Shown piece after piece: positions 1 through 11,723 of a stretch of DNA of 64,000 bases. Position numbers and translations under genes: made by a program. The DNA comes from Lytechinus pictus. Its lineage: Eukaryota. Location: positions 6,140,001 through 6,204,000 of the forward strand of contig NC_087246.1 in NCBI RefSeq assembly GCF_037042905.1, read 5' to 3'. Positions within the stretch are counted from its first letter, which is position 1; every line of letters begins with the position of its first letter. The notes under the pieces were generated by a model. It saw only the letters and a program-made list of their open reading frames with translations. It was not told where the DNA came from and did not search any database.

Positions 1-607
1 ATCGCAAGAATACCTATGTTCCAATATGTGACTATGCTATCTTCCTTATCAGAATAAAATTTAATATTTAGTCATAATGACGTCATAGCAGTCGTACGAT
101 TTGTTACGATTTGAAACATAATTTGGCCTTTTCTCCAAAATGAAGGTTTGTAATCATCCAAAATTGTTATATTAATATTCTTTCAGTTAATATGAACCTG
201 AAATAAAAAGATACTTTTCATTCACATTTTCAGAAAATGAGTAAAACCGCGTTTTAATCCAAAATCGGATCGTTTTTTACTGAACCCTTTGATAAATGGA
301 TGTGATGAAGAACTGAAATACATGTCTCTGCACTCTACCAAAATCTGGTATAGTGTTAACTATGTTTGAACTTATTTCCGCCCATGAACATGAGTCAAAA
401 GTGAAACCATCCGGTTGTTGTCGAGAGAAGATAAATAAAGGGAAACATGCTTCAATTGTTATCTGTTACCATGGGGATCTTATATGAGGATATGAAAAGT
501 TATATAGAAAGATCATACCAGGGGCGGATCTAGCTTTTTTCCATGGGGGGGGGGGGTCGGGTTGACCAGAAGGAACATCACCTGCGAGCCGCGAAGCAGC
601 GAGTCGA

Positions 608-1255
608 TTTTTGTATCACCTGCATAGCAGAGCGATACTATAGGCTCCGCTATTCCGACGGCGGCGGCGTCGTCAACATCAAATCTTAATCTAAGATTAA
701 GTTTTTGAAATGACATCATAACTTAAAAAGTATATGGACCTAGTAGATGAAACTTGGACATAAGGGTAATCAAGTATTACTGAACATTGGTTTCAGGTCA
801 GATGACTACGGTCAAATGTCATTTAGGGTCAATGAACTTAGAACATGTTTGGGGAATCAATATAGAAATCTTAACCAAGGTTAAGTTTTTGAAATCTCAT
901 CATAACTTCGAAAGTGTATGGACCTAGTTTATGTAACTTACACATAAGGGTAATGAAGTATCACTGAACATCCTATGCAAAATTCAGGTCACATGACCAA
1001 GGTCAAAGGTCATTCTGGGTCAATGAACTTTAATCATTTTGTAGGTATTTGTTGAATTACCATCATAAGTTTGAAAGTTTATGGATATTTAGTTAATGAA
1101 ATGTGGACATAGGGGTAATCCAGTATCATCGCTCATCTTGCACAAGTCGTAGGTCACTTGATCAAGGTCAAATGTCATGTAGGGTCAATGAACGTAGTAG
1201 TATATTATTATATGAATGGTGTTATTTTATAGCCATTTTCAAAGTCAGCACTGCT
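608..1255 (+). mobile_element. Non-autonomous Helentron/HINE-like element fragment with internal GGTCAA-rich tandem repeats
   Basis: Starts T-run + cacctgcatagcagagcga..., then a (GGC)n/GTC tract. An inverted homologue lies at about 7750-8419. Confidence 0.55.
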
Positions 1256-2044
1256 GTCGTGGTCTAGTGGTTCTGACTCTCCCTGATGTTTTCCTGGCAT
1301 ATATTAACGCAATGGAGACCATAAAAGACAGTTAATGCTATGGGGGTCTGGACATAATGATAATTATAATTGTAATGCACATTATTTTTAATTGGCAACC
1401 CGAGTGGGAGGGGTAACCCCCCTAACCCCCTTGGGCTGCCGAGTAAAAAAGATAATAATAATGTGCATTACAATTATAATTATCATTATATAATTATCAT
1501 GCCACTGCATGCAGCATATTCTTCTTCACGTCCGTTGACGTTGAGACGCGACTTAAACACCGTTTAAAACTTTTCAAACTGAATACAGCATTAATTTAAT
1601 ATACACATGGGGGAAGGGGGGGGGGGCTCGGCTATGGATTCAAAATAGTTTGTCTTTTTCATGTTTTCCTCACCCCTTAATTTTATCTCAAATATTCTAT
1701 TTTGACATTTGCTTCTGTGACATTTGCTCCGGTCTTACTAGTAATATCTCAGATGACTTGGGGTTAGAGTTAGGATTGTAACAAAGTTCAGAATAATGTA
1801 AAGATACATGCTAGGATTATGGTCTTACTTAGTTTTGGAGGTTAGATTTTTTGTTTGGTGCAGATTTTCCATTGGAGCAATTGTCGCCGGAGCAGCTAGT
1901 GTCATGGAACCAAATTTTAGACCCTTTCCACGCGACATTCACGAAAGGATTGGATCCAATGTATATTGACTCCTTTTTTTTTTACTGCAAGGCAAGCGTT
2001 TGTAAGCTGCGATTAGACAAACTTGTGATTGTGCTTCGTACTGT

Positions 2045-2425
2045 CATTTTCGTCGTTTTCAATTCGTCCAATTGCCAACTCGTCTACTCTCATTTGGTCT
2101 ACCATCAGTTTATCCACATGGTCTAATTGCCATTTCGTCCAATCACTATTTCGTCTAATAACCTATTGGTCCAATAGCCATTTAGTACATATACCTTTCG
2201 GTCTAATTGGACTAAGTGTTAATTGTGCAAAATGAATGAAAATTAAATGGATATTAGACCAACTGGTTATGAGACGAAAGGGTCATAGACGAAATGGTGA
2301 TTAGACGAAGTGATGATTGGACCAAATGGTTGTTAGACGAAATGTTGATGGACGGGATGGCATTAAATGAAAGTAGACAATTTGGTGAGTGGACTAGTTA
2401 GCAGTAGATGAATTGGCAATTTGCC
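2045..2425. repeat. Foldback-type interspersed repeat built of short GTCTAA/TTAGAC/GACCAA units
   Basis: The left half is the reverse complement of the right half. Related copies at about 13120-13510 and 25890-26135. Confidence 0.6.
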
Positions 2426-2438
2426 ATTTTCATAGGGT

Positions 2439-3733
2439 CATTGGCGTAACTACAGGGGGCACGTGCCCCCCTAAAAAAAACCCGGGGGAAATGGGAAAAA
2501 GAGGAGAAAGAAAGAAAACGTAGAGGGGGAAGAAGAAGAAATTATTGCATATAATATTGTATTAGATTATTATATCATATTTATTACATAAGAATTTTTT
2601 TTCATAACTTTAGGAAACATAATTTGCTTAGAGCCTATGTCTTCTCTCACTCCTGGTGCTCGCATTGTCTGTTTAATGAGATAAATAATCCTGTTCAAGG
2701 TGATTAAATGGTATTAAAACCCCGTTTTCAAGGCAATATCCACCAAAAATATTTACTCGCACTCCGAGCTTTTATTAGTAGCGACATATGCTCCTTTTTT
2801 ATGACTACTTAAAGTGATTGCCCCCTTTTAAGGTCTGAACATCTCCAGTCCGTGCTTACGTTTGCATTAGTGGATTGGTGAGAATTGTGTGCTCTTAATG
2901 AATTCCTAAAAACAGCCCTTAAAATGTCACCTTTTTCTGGTCTAAATATAAAAAATTTTCAGCTCGCGCTTCGCATCATTTGGTTAATAAAATGCATATG
3001 GTCTTAATGAATTCCTTCAAACAAGCCTTAGAATGCCCCTTTTCAGATCTGAATGTCAAAATTTTTCAGCTCTCGCTTCATGTTCATGATTACAATGACA
3101 ACAAAAAATGCTTCATGTGTTTAGGTGTAACAAAACGCGTTTTGTGCTCGCATTACATGAACTATGATGAGATATGTATGCTTTTCACGAATTCCTAACA
3201 AAATAGTCCTTAAAATTTCAAATTTTGAGGTCAATATAGACAAAAATGTAAGCTCGCGCTTCGCGCTCGCATTGAATGCTTATTGAGACAGGTACATATC
3301 ATGATTACAAAAATTTGATTATTTTCCTTTATTTAAGGTCTGAACAACAAAAATGTTCACAGTCCTTAAAATTACGTCTGTGGTGATAACTGATGAAGGT
3401 CTGCAAGCGTAGACTATACTATGTTATTACACTTGACAACTTTCACAAAGAAGCTCTGGCTGCTACCAAGATGGCAGTGATTTTGTTGCAGCTAACCTAG
3501 TAAACGTTTGTAAATAGTGAAATAAAAAACTTAATACTGGACTGTCATTTAACACCAATTAGTCATCTAACCAATGTCTCTATTATACAGTGGCTATTAC
3601 GCGCTCTTCGCGTGCCCACCAGGGGCCCGTTGCCATAAAAAAAACTATGGCAAATACAGTAAGCAAAAACTCTGGCAAACAATGTTTTTTTGCTGGTGCC
3701 TCTCCCCATGCCCTGACCCACGGTACGCCACTG
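2439..3733 (+). mobile_element. hAT-type non-autonomous element (same family as 52200-53369)
   Basis: Termini cattggcgta...tacgccactg, internal TTTTCAGCTCGCGCTTCGC repeats, colinear with the 52.2-kb copy; TSD degraded. Confidence 0.75.
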
Positions 3734-3740
3734 CGTATGT

Positions 3741-4779
3741 TTTTTTTTATACGCCCGTCCTAGACGGGACGTATTATGGTATCACATTCGGTGTCCGTCC
3801 GTCCGTCTGTCTGTCCGTCCGTTAACTTTTCCTTGTAAACGCGATAACTTCAGTTTAACTTAACCTAGGCTCATATAATTTTGTATGTATGATACATCAT
3901 AGATCCCAGGAAGCATATTGATTTTGAGGTCAAAGGTCAAGGTCACACCGACATGTTTTCATTTTGCCCTTCTGCAGTCCTTGTAAACGCGATAACTTCA
4001 GTTTAACTTAACCTTGGCTCATATAATTTGGGGTGTATGATACTAGCATAGATCCCAGGAAGCCTATTGATTTTGAGGTCAAAGGTCAAGGTCACAGTGA
4101 CAGGTTTTCATATTACCCTTCTGAAGTCCTTGTAAACGCGATAACTTTAGTTTAACTTAACCTAGGCTCCTATAATTTAAAGTGTATAATATTAGCATGG
4201 ATCCCAGGAAGCCTATTGATTTTTAGGTCAAAGGTCAAGGTCACAGTGACAGGTTTTCATATTACCCTTCTGAAGTCCTTGTAAACGCGATAACTTTAGT
4301 TTAACTTAACCTAGGCTCCTATAATTTAAAATGTATAATATTAGCATGGATCCCAGGAAGCCTATTGATTTTGAGGTCAAAAGGTCAAGGTCAAACTGAT
4401 ATGTTTTCATCTTACCTTTTGCAGTCCTTGTAAACGTTTAAACGTTTCCGTTTAACTTAACCTAGGCTCATGTAACTTAGTGTATGATACTAGCCTGGAT
4501 TACAGGAAGCCTATCAATTTTGAGATCCAAAGGTCAAGGTCACAGTGACAGGTTTTCATCTTACCCTTCTGAAGTCCTTGTAAGCGCGATAACTTTAGTT
4601 TAACTTAATCTAGGCTCCTCTAATTTGGTGTGTATGATACTAGCATGTATCCCAGGAAGCCTATTGATTTGAGGTCAGAAGGTCAGAGGTGAAGTCGCCA
4701 CCTTCTTGGTTGACCAATAACTCCATTTTCCGCGTTACAGGCGGGCGTATAATGTGCTCGCCTTAGCGACACTCTTGTT
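3741..4779 (+). mobile_element. DINE-1/HINE-like non-autonomous Helentron with about 6 internal ~149-bp tandem repeats
   Basis: 5' T-run, subterminal IR TATACGCCCG/CGGGCGTATA, (GTCC/GTCT)n microsatellite, central tandem array, 3' stem-loop and TT end. Confidence 0.8.
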
Positions 4780-4908
4780 AATACGTATCGAGGCATCTTG
4801 TTTAAAATCATAATGAATGGTGTTCATCTGCAATTCGAATCATGATAAAAATGTCTTTTTCAATGTAACCAGAATACTTAAGATTTTTTTGTTATTGCAT
4901 CTTTACAG

Positions 4909-5944
4909 ATATTCCACCCGAAGAAAATATCGTTGCAGTCGCAAGGAGAAGGTCGTCTTCCTCAAGACACACAAGACTGCAAGCAGCACCGCTTCAGCTA
5001 TCATCGAACGCTACGGCTTCAATAGAAACTTGACCTTTGCAGTATCAAATGCAGCCCTAAAGTTCTACCACGCCCCTTTGTTCTCACGTGGTATGGTTCG
5101 CGAAGCTTCTGACTCAGCCATTGGTTGGAAGAAAGCCGATGGCTATCATATGATAACCAATCATGCACGGTTCAACAAAGCCGAGATGGATGATGTCGTA
5201 CACAACGCAACATACATTACAATCGTTCGCAACCCGGTCGACCAATTAGAATCCGCATTTGGATACTTCAATCTCGGTAAAGGTATGGGTTTAAAGACAA
5301 ATAATCATTTGGAAGAATTCATGCAAGATCCAGAGAAATACTTTGGTTCCGTGAAGAGAGGGTATTGGCAGTTTGCGAAGAACAACCAGCTCTTCGATTT
5401 GGGTCTTGAACATGCATACCATGATGATGAAGATGCAGTCGCTGAAACCATTCATAAACTCGACAACGATTTTGATCTTGTCATGGTCAGTGAGTACTTT
5501 GACGAATCTATGATTCTTATGCGTCGATTGCTATGTTGGGAAATTGAAGATGTTATCTATATCTCAAAAGGTATACGAAGCCCAAGTCATCGTTTACAGA
5601 TGACTAGCAATTTGCAAGACAAGATCAAAGTATGGAACAAGGCAGATATGCAATTATATCAGCATTTCAACAAAACGTTATGGAGAAAGATTGAAGAATA
5701 TGGACCAAATTTTCAGCATGATTTAGATTATTACAGAACAAGACTTGGTGAGGTTGCAGAAGAATGCATTGACTTCAGCCGAAAAGGTAGTAAGGATGTA
5801 CGAGAGGTGAAGTACATTCTAAAAGAGGGCGCTCCACAGTTTTGCCAGGAACTTCTGTGGGGAGACGTAGAATATACTAGATTCATTCAACGTCGGATGT
5901 GGGATAGGGGTATACTTTTGCCAAACCCGAAAGTACGGGGATGA
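4909..5944 (+). CDS. Galactose-3-O-sulfotransferase (GAL3ST/cerebroside sulfotransferase family), terminal catalytic exon; 5' exon(s) with the TM anchor not identified, probably upstream of the window
   Basis: Acceptor ctttacag at 4901-4908, then an open frame to TGA 5942-5944. It carries the 5'-PSB motif FLKTHKTASST, the 3'-PB motif TIVRNPVDQLESAFGY, and FDLVMVSEYFDESMILMRRLLCW and WNKADMQLYQHFN, all typical of Gal-3-O-sulfotransferases. The ORF-track start at 4817 is intronic. Confidence 0.9.
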
Positions 5945-7397
5945 TGGCGTTTCTTTCGAGAGTCTTCATTAGCCTACAAATAATCTATGTAAGAGTATTT
6001 CCCTAATGAAGAACTTTGCTGAGAGAAAAAGATGCATGGGTGTTATCTTGATCACATCCAGACATTCCTAATTATTTCAAATCAATTCTTTCGTAATGTT
6101 TTCTACCCAGCGTCGTTGTGCAATGTCCATGAGAACAACTCTTCGTATATACATTTGGTGCATTTATTTATCATTTTTTAAATGCTATTGGTAACATTGA
6201 TATTTGTTCGGTCGAATTATTATTCATGATATAGTCGTCGGATGTTGTGCGTTTGTTATGTTTAATATCAAAGCCACAGAAGTTAAATTGATTTGAAATG
6301 CAGCTTTATTCTTCTGCTGGGTTTGACACCAACAATTATGTATGTTTTAAATTTTTAAATTCATGTTTTTACAGACCTGTTTATACAATGGTTTCCGATG
6401 TCAATATTCTAGTGCATTATGTTATTTATCTTTTTAGCAATAAACATACGCCTTTCTATTCCCAAAGGTCCGCTACTCATAATAAAGTGAAATGAGGTTA
6501 CTATTTATGGAAGTCATGCTGGCCATTATGATCCGTAATTCATAATGTGAGTGATGATTTCAATTTAGGAGGATCCTTAAAGATGGCTAATCAAAATCGG
6601 AGAAAGGTTCGTTCTGGGAGAAAACTATAGACACAGTCCAAGAAGAGGGCTACTAAGTCTGATAAGATGTCTTGATTGAATATTGATCCTTTCATTTAAT
6701 CACTAGCGACCCCTTCTTCGATTGTGACTTGCGATTTTTGTTTCGATGAAGGACCTTCTAACTTGATGAATATTGATGAATAATGATCCTTTCCCAATAT
6801 GATTATTGGAGATCATAATGATTAACAAACCCTTTCTCTTGAAAAAAAAGAAAAGATAACGACCGTTACGAATTGTTAGCCTCTTCATTTTTTTTGTAGA
6901 CAGTGATAGTTGTGTTTATTTTATATACGGTTAGCTTTCTCATTTTCCGAAATAAATTCCCCCAAAAGTTCATGTTACTCGAGGTTTCATTGTATTTCTT
7001 GTTTTTGTTGTTGTTTTTTTGTTGTTGCTTTCATGACGTTAAATTTAGCTAAGCATAGCGCATAGAGGTTATTTTTCTCACCCATCCATGCAGGGGCGGC
7101 ACCAAGTGAGGAGTGACCGCCCCTGTAATTTTAAAGTGGGGATGAGGAGTAGAGGGGATAAAAGGAAAGAGAGAAGAGTATAAAAAGAGAAGTTTGTGTC
7201 GTGCAACTTTGAAATACTCTGTTATTCAATTAAAACAAATATGTCAATCATAGGTTGCACGGCGTCGCTCCTGGCTCTATATAAGAGCAATATTAGCATA
7301 TTTCTGAAGATAGAAAACTATATATTTTTACAGCTAATCATTAGCTATTTTTTTTTATGTATGTGAGGGTGTGTGTGGGGGGTGTATGTGAGGGTGT

Positions 7398-7740
7398 GTT
7401 TTTATTTTCCTTTTTTTCTCCTCCCGATATAACCATGATAACTGATTTGGGGCCGGGAGTGTGGGTGGACTACTACACCGGGGTTTCCCCCTACTCTTAT
7501 ACGAATAGTGCAGTGGGTTCTTAACATGCAAAGGTTGTGACTCTCCTCTACACGGGACCTCCATTTAACGTCATATCCGAGGGACGGAGTGTTTTCACTG
7601 TAACATAGCCTGCACCTATGAAACATGGGAGAGACGTTTACACACAACGCACTGGCTTCAGTCATCCGCCCGGGGTGGACTCGAACCCAAGATCTTTGGT
7701 TCGACGGGCAGACGCGTTACCGACTGAGCCAACATCGCTC
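7398..7740 (-). mobile_element. tRNA-derived SINE with a Deu/Nin-like central domain
   Basis: On minus: A box TGGCTCAGTCGG, B box GGTTCGAGTCC, core GACGTTAAATGGAGGTCCC...GTTAAGAACCCACTGCACTATT...CCCCGGTGT, A-rich tail. Confidence 0.75.
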
Positions 7741-7749
7741 TCTATTAAC

Positions 7750-8419
7750 AAAGTTCGTTACCCTAAATGAACTTGGCCTTGGTCATGTAACCTGAAACTC
7801 GCATAGGATGTTCATGGAAATAATTGCTCTTATGTCTAAGTGATCATGAACTAGATCCATAACATTTCAAAATTATGATGACAATTCCACAAATACCCCC
7901 AACATCGTCAAAGTTCGTTGACCCTAAGTGACCATCGACCTTGGTCATGTGACCTAAAACACCGGCAGGATCTTCAGTGATACATATCAACCTTATGTCC
8001 AAATTTCATGGTCCAAATACTTTCTAAGTTATGACGACATTTCAAAAACTTAACCTTGGTTAAGATTCAATATTGATTCCCCCAACATGGTCTAAAGTTC
8101 ATTGACTCTAAAGGACCGTAGACCTTGGTTATGTGACCTGAAACTCAAGATGTTTAGTAATACTTGATTATCCTTATGTCCAAGTTTCATAAACTAAGTC
8201 CATATACTTTCTAAGTTATGATGACATATCAAAAACTTAACCTTGGTTAAGATTCAATATTGATTCCCCCAACATGGTCTAAAGTTCATTGACTCTAAAG
8301 GACCGTAGACCTTGGTTATGTGACCTGAAACTCAAGATGTTTAGTAATACTTGATTACCCTTATGTCCAAGTTTCATAAAAGCGGCTCTATATAGTCTCG
8401 CTCTGCTATGCAGGCGAGG
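7750..8419 (-). mobile_element. HINE-like element, inverted copy of the 608-1255 family, with a ~179-bp tandem duplication
   Basis: Reverse complement of the 608-1255 sequence; 8040-8218 is repeated at 8219-8380. Confidence 0.6.
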
Positions 8420-8716
8420 CATTGGCGGCGGAAGCCAAAAAAATTTAGGGGGGGCCCACCTGAAATTTTTTGATGGACACAGGGAAAACCTAAACCTAAA
8501 TTTTAGGAGGGGATCGCGAACATTTTTAATTTTTGACAAGCAAAAAAAAAAAAAAAAAAAAAGGTCATCAACCTAAATTTTAGGGGGACCACAAAAATTT
8601 CAGGGGGGCCCACGTAAATTTAGGGGGACGCAGGAAACAAAATTATCAACAAAAAAATTAGGGGGGACCGTCCCCCCCACCTCAAATTTAGGGTCCCCCC
8701 GCTTCCGCCGACTATG
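8420..8716. mobile_element. hAT-type MITE
   Basis: TIR CATTGGCGGCGGAAGC / GCTTCCGCCGACTATG with a perfect 8-bp TSD AGGCGAGG (8412-8419, 8717-8724). Confidence 0.85.
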
Positions 8717-9579
8717 AGGCGAGGCAAAACTCCGAATGGTTAGTTTCGGTCATGTTCGCTCATTTGGTTTACGTAGCAGACGATGCAGCCTGCTAGTTTA
8801 TACATTATTGCAAGTCAAAATCGATTCCGGACTCGATACTACTAAATATTTGCCCTCTCAAACTGTAGCAATATTATAAATATCAGTAGACAAAGCTGTA
8901 TAGTACAAAAACATTGTTACTATCAACATTAAATGTGTTAGTTAATTTTGTTTGGATTGTATTATTGTTCCAAATGAAAAGGGTCTAGGAACGGAAACTA
9001 TCATACGTTAGTCGATCATGTGACGTTGTACCCAGAAATATGCCATGTTCTGCCTGCTGAATCTCAAAGTATGGGGGGGGGGTGAGATGTAACCATTATA
9101 CCAGTAATAAAGTATTATACATCAACATGTAGGTAATCTATTTAGCATTGAGATGACAATCAATCTCGACCTTTTTACCCTCAGGGATATTTCAGTGGGA
9201 AAACAAAGATGCCAGTGTGTCGAAAATATGGGTGGTTTCGGACCGTTTGCCATAGCAAGAGTAGTGAACATGGACAATTTCAAATGAACAGCGAGACATA
9301 AATAGTGAATTAATTGTGGCAATATTTACATCAAATTAATGGAATTGGATAAAATTTTCACACTATTATCAATCTAGGCTAGTGTGAGATTATCAATAGT
9401 TTAAAAAAAATATACCCGGTACCCGGATTTTTGCAATATTACGCTCGTGAAAACCATTGTTCCCTGTGTTGAAGCTGTGTGTGATGACTTTCGGACACTT
9501 AAATGCACGCGACTAATCATTATGAGGAGCACCAACTTGAACTTTAACTATTAGTGGGCTAATTTGATCTTAAACTTAA

Positions 9580-10119
9580 AGGGATGGTCCGGGCTGAAAG
9601 TATTCATAGCTTAATAAATAGAGTAGAATGCCGAAAATTTCATCAAAATCGGATATAACAAAGTTATTGAATTTTAAAGTTTAGCAAAATATTGTGAAAA
9701 CAGTCGTCATGAATATTCATTAGGTGGGCTGATGATGTCACATCCCCACTTGTTCTTTTGTATTTTATTATATTAAATTAGGTTATTCAAATTTTTTCCT
9801 CCAAGAACTAGAAAAATTGGATAACTGATTTAGTGCATTAGATATTTATTGCGGTAACTTATTTCATTATAAGGGATTATTATTCACACAAGTATGAAAT
9901 AATGAAAAAATATGATTTATGTAATAACATAAGAAAACGGAAAGTGGGGATGTGACAATGTGAATATTCATAACGACTGATTTCACAAAATATTGCTAAA
10001 CTTTAAACGTCAATAACTTTATTATTTGTTATCCGATTTTGATGAAATTTTCGGAATTTTGCTCACTGAATTTTACTCTATGTATTAAGATATAAATATT
10101 TTCAGCCCGGACCATCCCT
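9580..10119. mobile_element. TTAA-flanked Kolobok-like MITE, family A
   Basis: TTAA|AGGGATGGTCCGGGCTGAAA...TTTCAGCCCGGACCATCCCT|TTAA with long imperfect TIRs. Confidence 0.85.
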
Positions 10120-10812
10120 TTAAATGCGCCATACTGATTTTATACTTACTAGAGTGTCGCCAAAACTTACCCGAATGTAGCGCCAAATTCTAGCTTTCAT
10201 TGTTTTTTTGTTTGTCTGGGATTATGTTCATGATAACAAAAAAAGTGCATAAAATGTTTGGTTTTTAGGTCTAAATCTCCAAATGATTTGTTTCCCTTGC
10301 ACTTTCCGCTCGTATTTTATTAATTGATATTATGTACCCTCTTCATCATTTTCCAATACCGGTATATGTACCAACTAGTTCCATTTCTGGTGAGTAGGCC
10401 TATGAAAATTCTAGCTCGCTCTTCGCGTTTGCATTATTTATTTCGAAAAATACGGATCCTATTTATAAGTAGTTAGACTCGAGTTTAATTAAACCCTTTA
10501 GCCTCATTTTTTTGGGTATTATATTTTTTCATATTCCTGGTACAATGTCTTTCATATTTTCATAATCCTCAAACTTTCACCACTATTTTTTAAATAATTT
10601 TCTGCTATTTTTACAATAAATGGTGAACTTTCCAATACTCTTGATCTTGCATTGGAAATCCTACTCTAGTGTTCCAACACTAGCCTACCCTAGTGTTCCT
10701 GTATTAAAACAGGAACACTAGCCTACCCTAGGAACATTACCCTAGTGTTCCTGTATTACACTAGGAACACTACATTACCCAAGCCCCATGCGCCCTCTCT
10801 CGATACTGTAAT

Positions 10813-10829
10813 GGCGCGGTGAATTTGAA
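10813..10829 (+). promoter_or_regulatory. CDE/CHR cell-cycle promoter element (DREAM/MMB site)
   Basis: GGCGCGG-TGAA-TTTGAA, i.e. CDE + 4-nt spacer + CHR consensus TTTGAA, upstream of a mitotic gene. Confidence 0.7.
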
Positions 10830-10888
10830 TACGACTCCCGGGAGCTGGAGCAACACAGTAAAACTTAAAGAAATACGTCAAATTTACT
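10830..10888 (+). other. ERCC6L: Putative non-coding first exon of ERCC6L (5' boundary approximate)
   Basis: Strong donor ct|gtaagt at 10889, just downstream of a CDE/CHR element and followed by CpG-rich DNA (11030-11145). The next acceptor, tttgtag at 15972, precedes the ATG. Confidence 0.55.
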
Positions 10889-11275
10889 GTAAGTATGAAT
10901 ATTCATGATTAAATACTGCAAGTAACTCCTTAAATTACAACAAAATAATTAAATTGCTTTGTCTTTAGACTCTTTGTAAGTCTAGATTTTTTACTAGAAA
11001 GATTACAAAACTTCAAAGTTCAGCTGCAGCAGGCAGGTGAGGTGGACACACAGGGTCATCAGGGAGCGCCTGCGGGCCGCGCTCCCTGGCTTGGTTCGGT
11101 GGACAGGTCAGGGGATCTTCCCACGCCCGCCCGGCCCGGCTGCCTAAATCATACTGTATTTAGTGAGACCACCACATATCGACCACCTTGAGCTCATTAA
11201 AATTATTGCGTATTACAAACGAATTGATTTTACGACAAAAAATGTAAAAATTTAGTAGTTTTAGAATTCATCAAC

Positions 11276-11723
11276 AGGCGCACGGCCAGGCAATATTGGA
11301 GACTGTCTCCAAAAGTCCAATGTGGGAGATTATCTCCAATATCAGAGACTTTTGTAAAGAATTTGGGTATCCAATTTTAGAGACAGTCTCCAGTTTTGGA
11401 GTCCAATTTCCTTTGTTTACATTTGCTGCAAAAGGATTACCTTGGCGGCAAATAAAAATGTGATATGCAGATTCCTCATGAAAAATGACCCCTTTTCACC
11501 GTCTACTTTTAAATATTCACCGTCTACTTTTGTTTTGATAAGGATTTTTGTTGTCAATCACACACAAAACAAATGGGCTTCTGACCTCAGTGAGACAAAA
11601 TTTTGGGTGGAAAAAATCATGCTTTTGTATGTGTTGTTTCTTTTGTCCTTTTGCAAAGCAAGTCTCCAATGTGGGAGATTGTCTCCCCTATTGGAGAGAG
11701 TCTCCCATATTGGCCGTGCGCCT
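11276..11723. mobile_element. TIR MITE with GGAGAnnnTCTCC palindromic repeats
   Basis: 13-bp TIR AGGCGCACGGCCA/TGGCCGTGCGCCT; no clear TSD. Confidence 0.65.

Noticed and set aside
4817..4908. N-terminus of the 375-aa sulfotransferase ORF
   Set aside because: AT-rich polypyrimidine tract ending in a canonical acceptor; most likely intron read-through.
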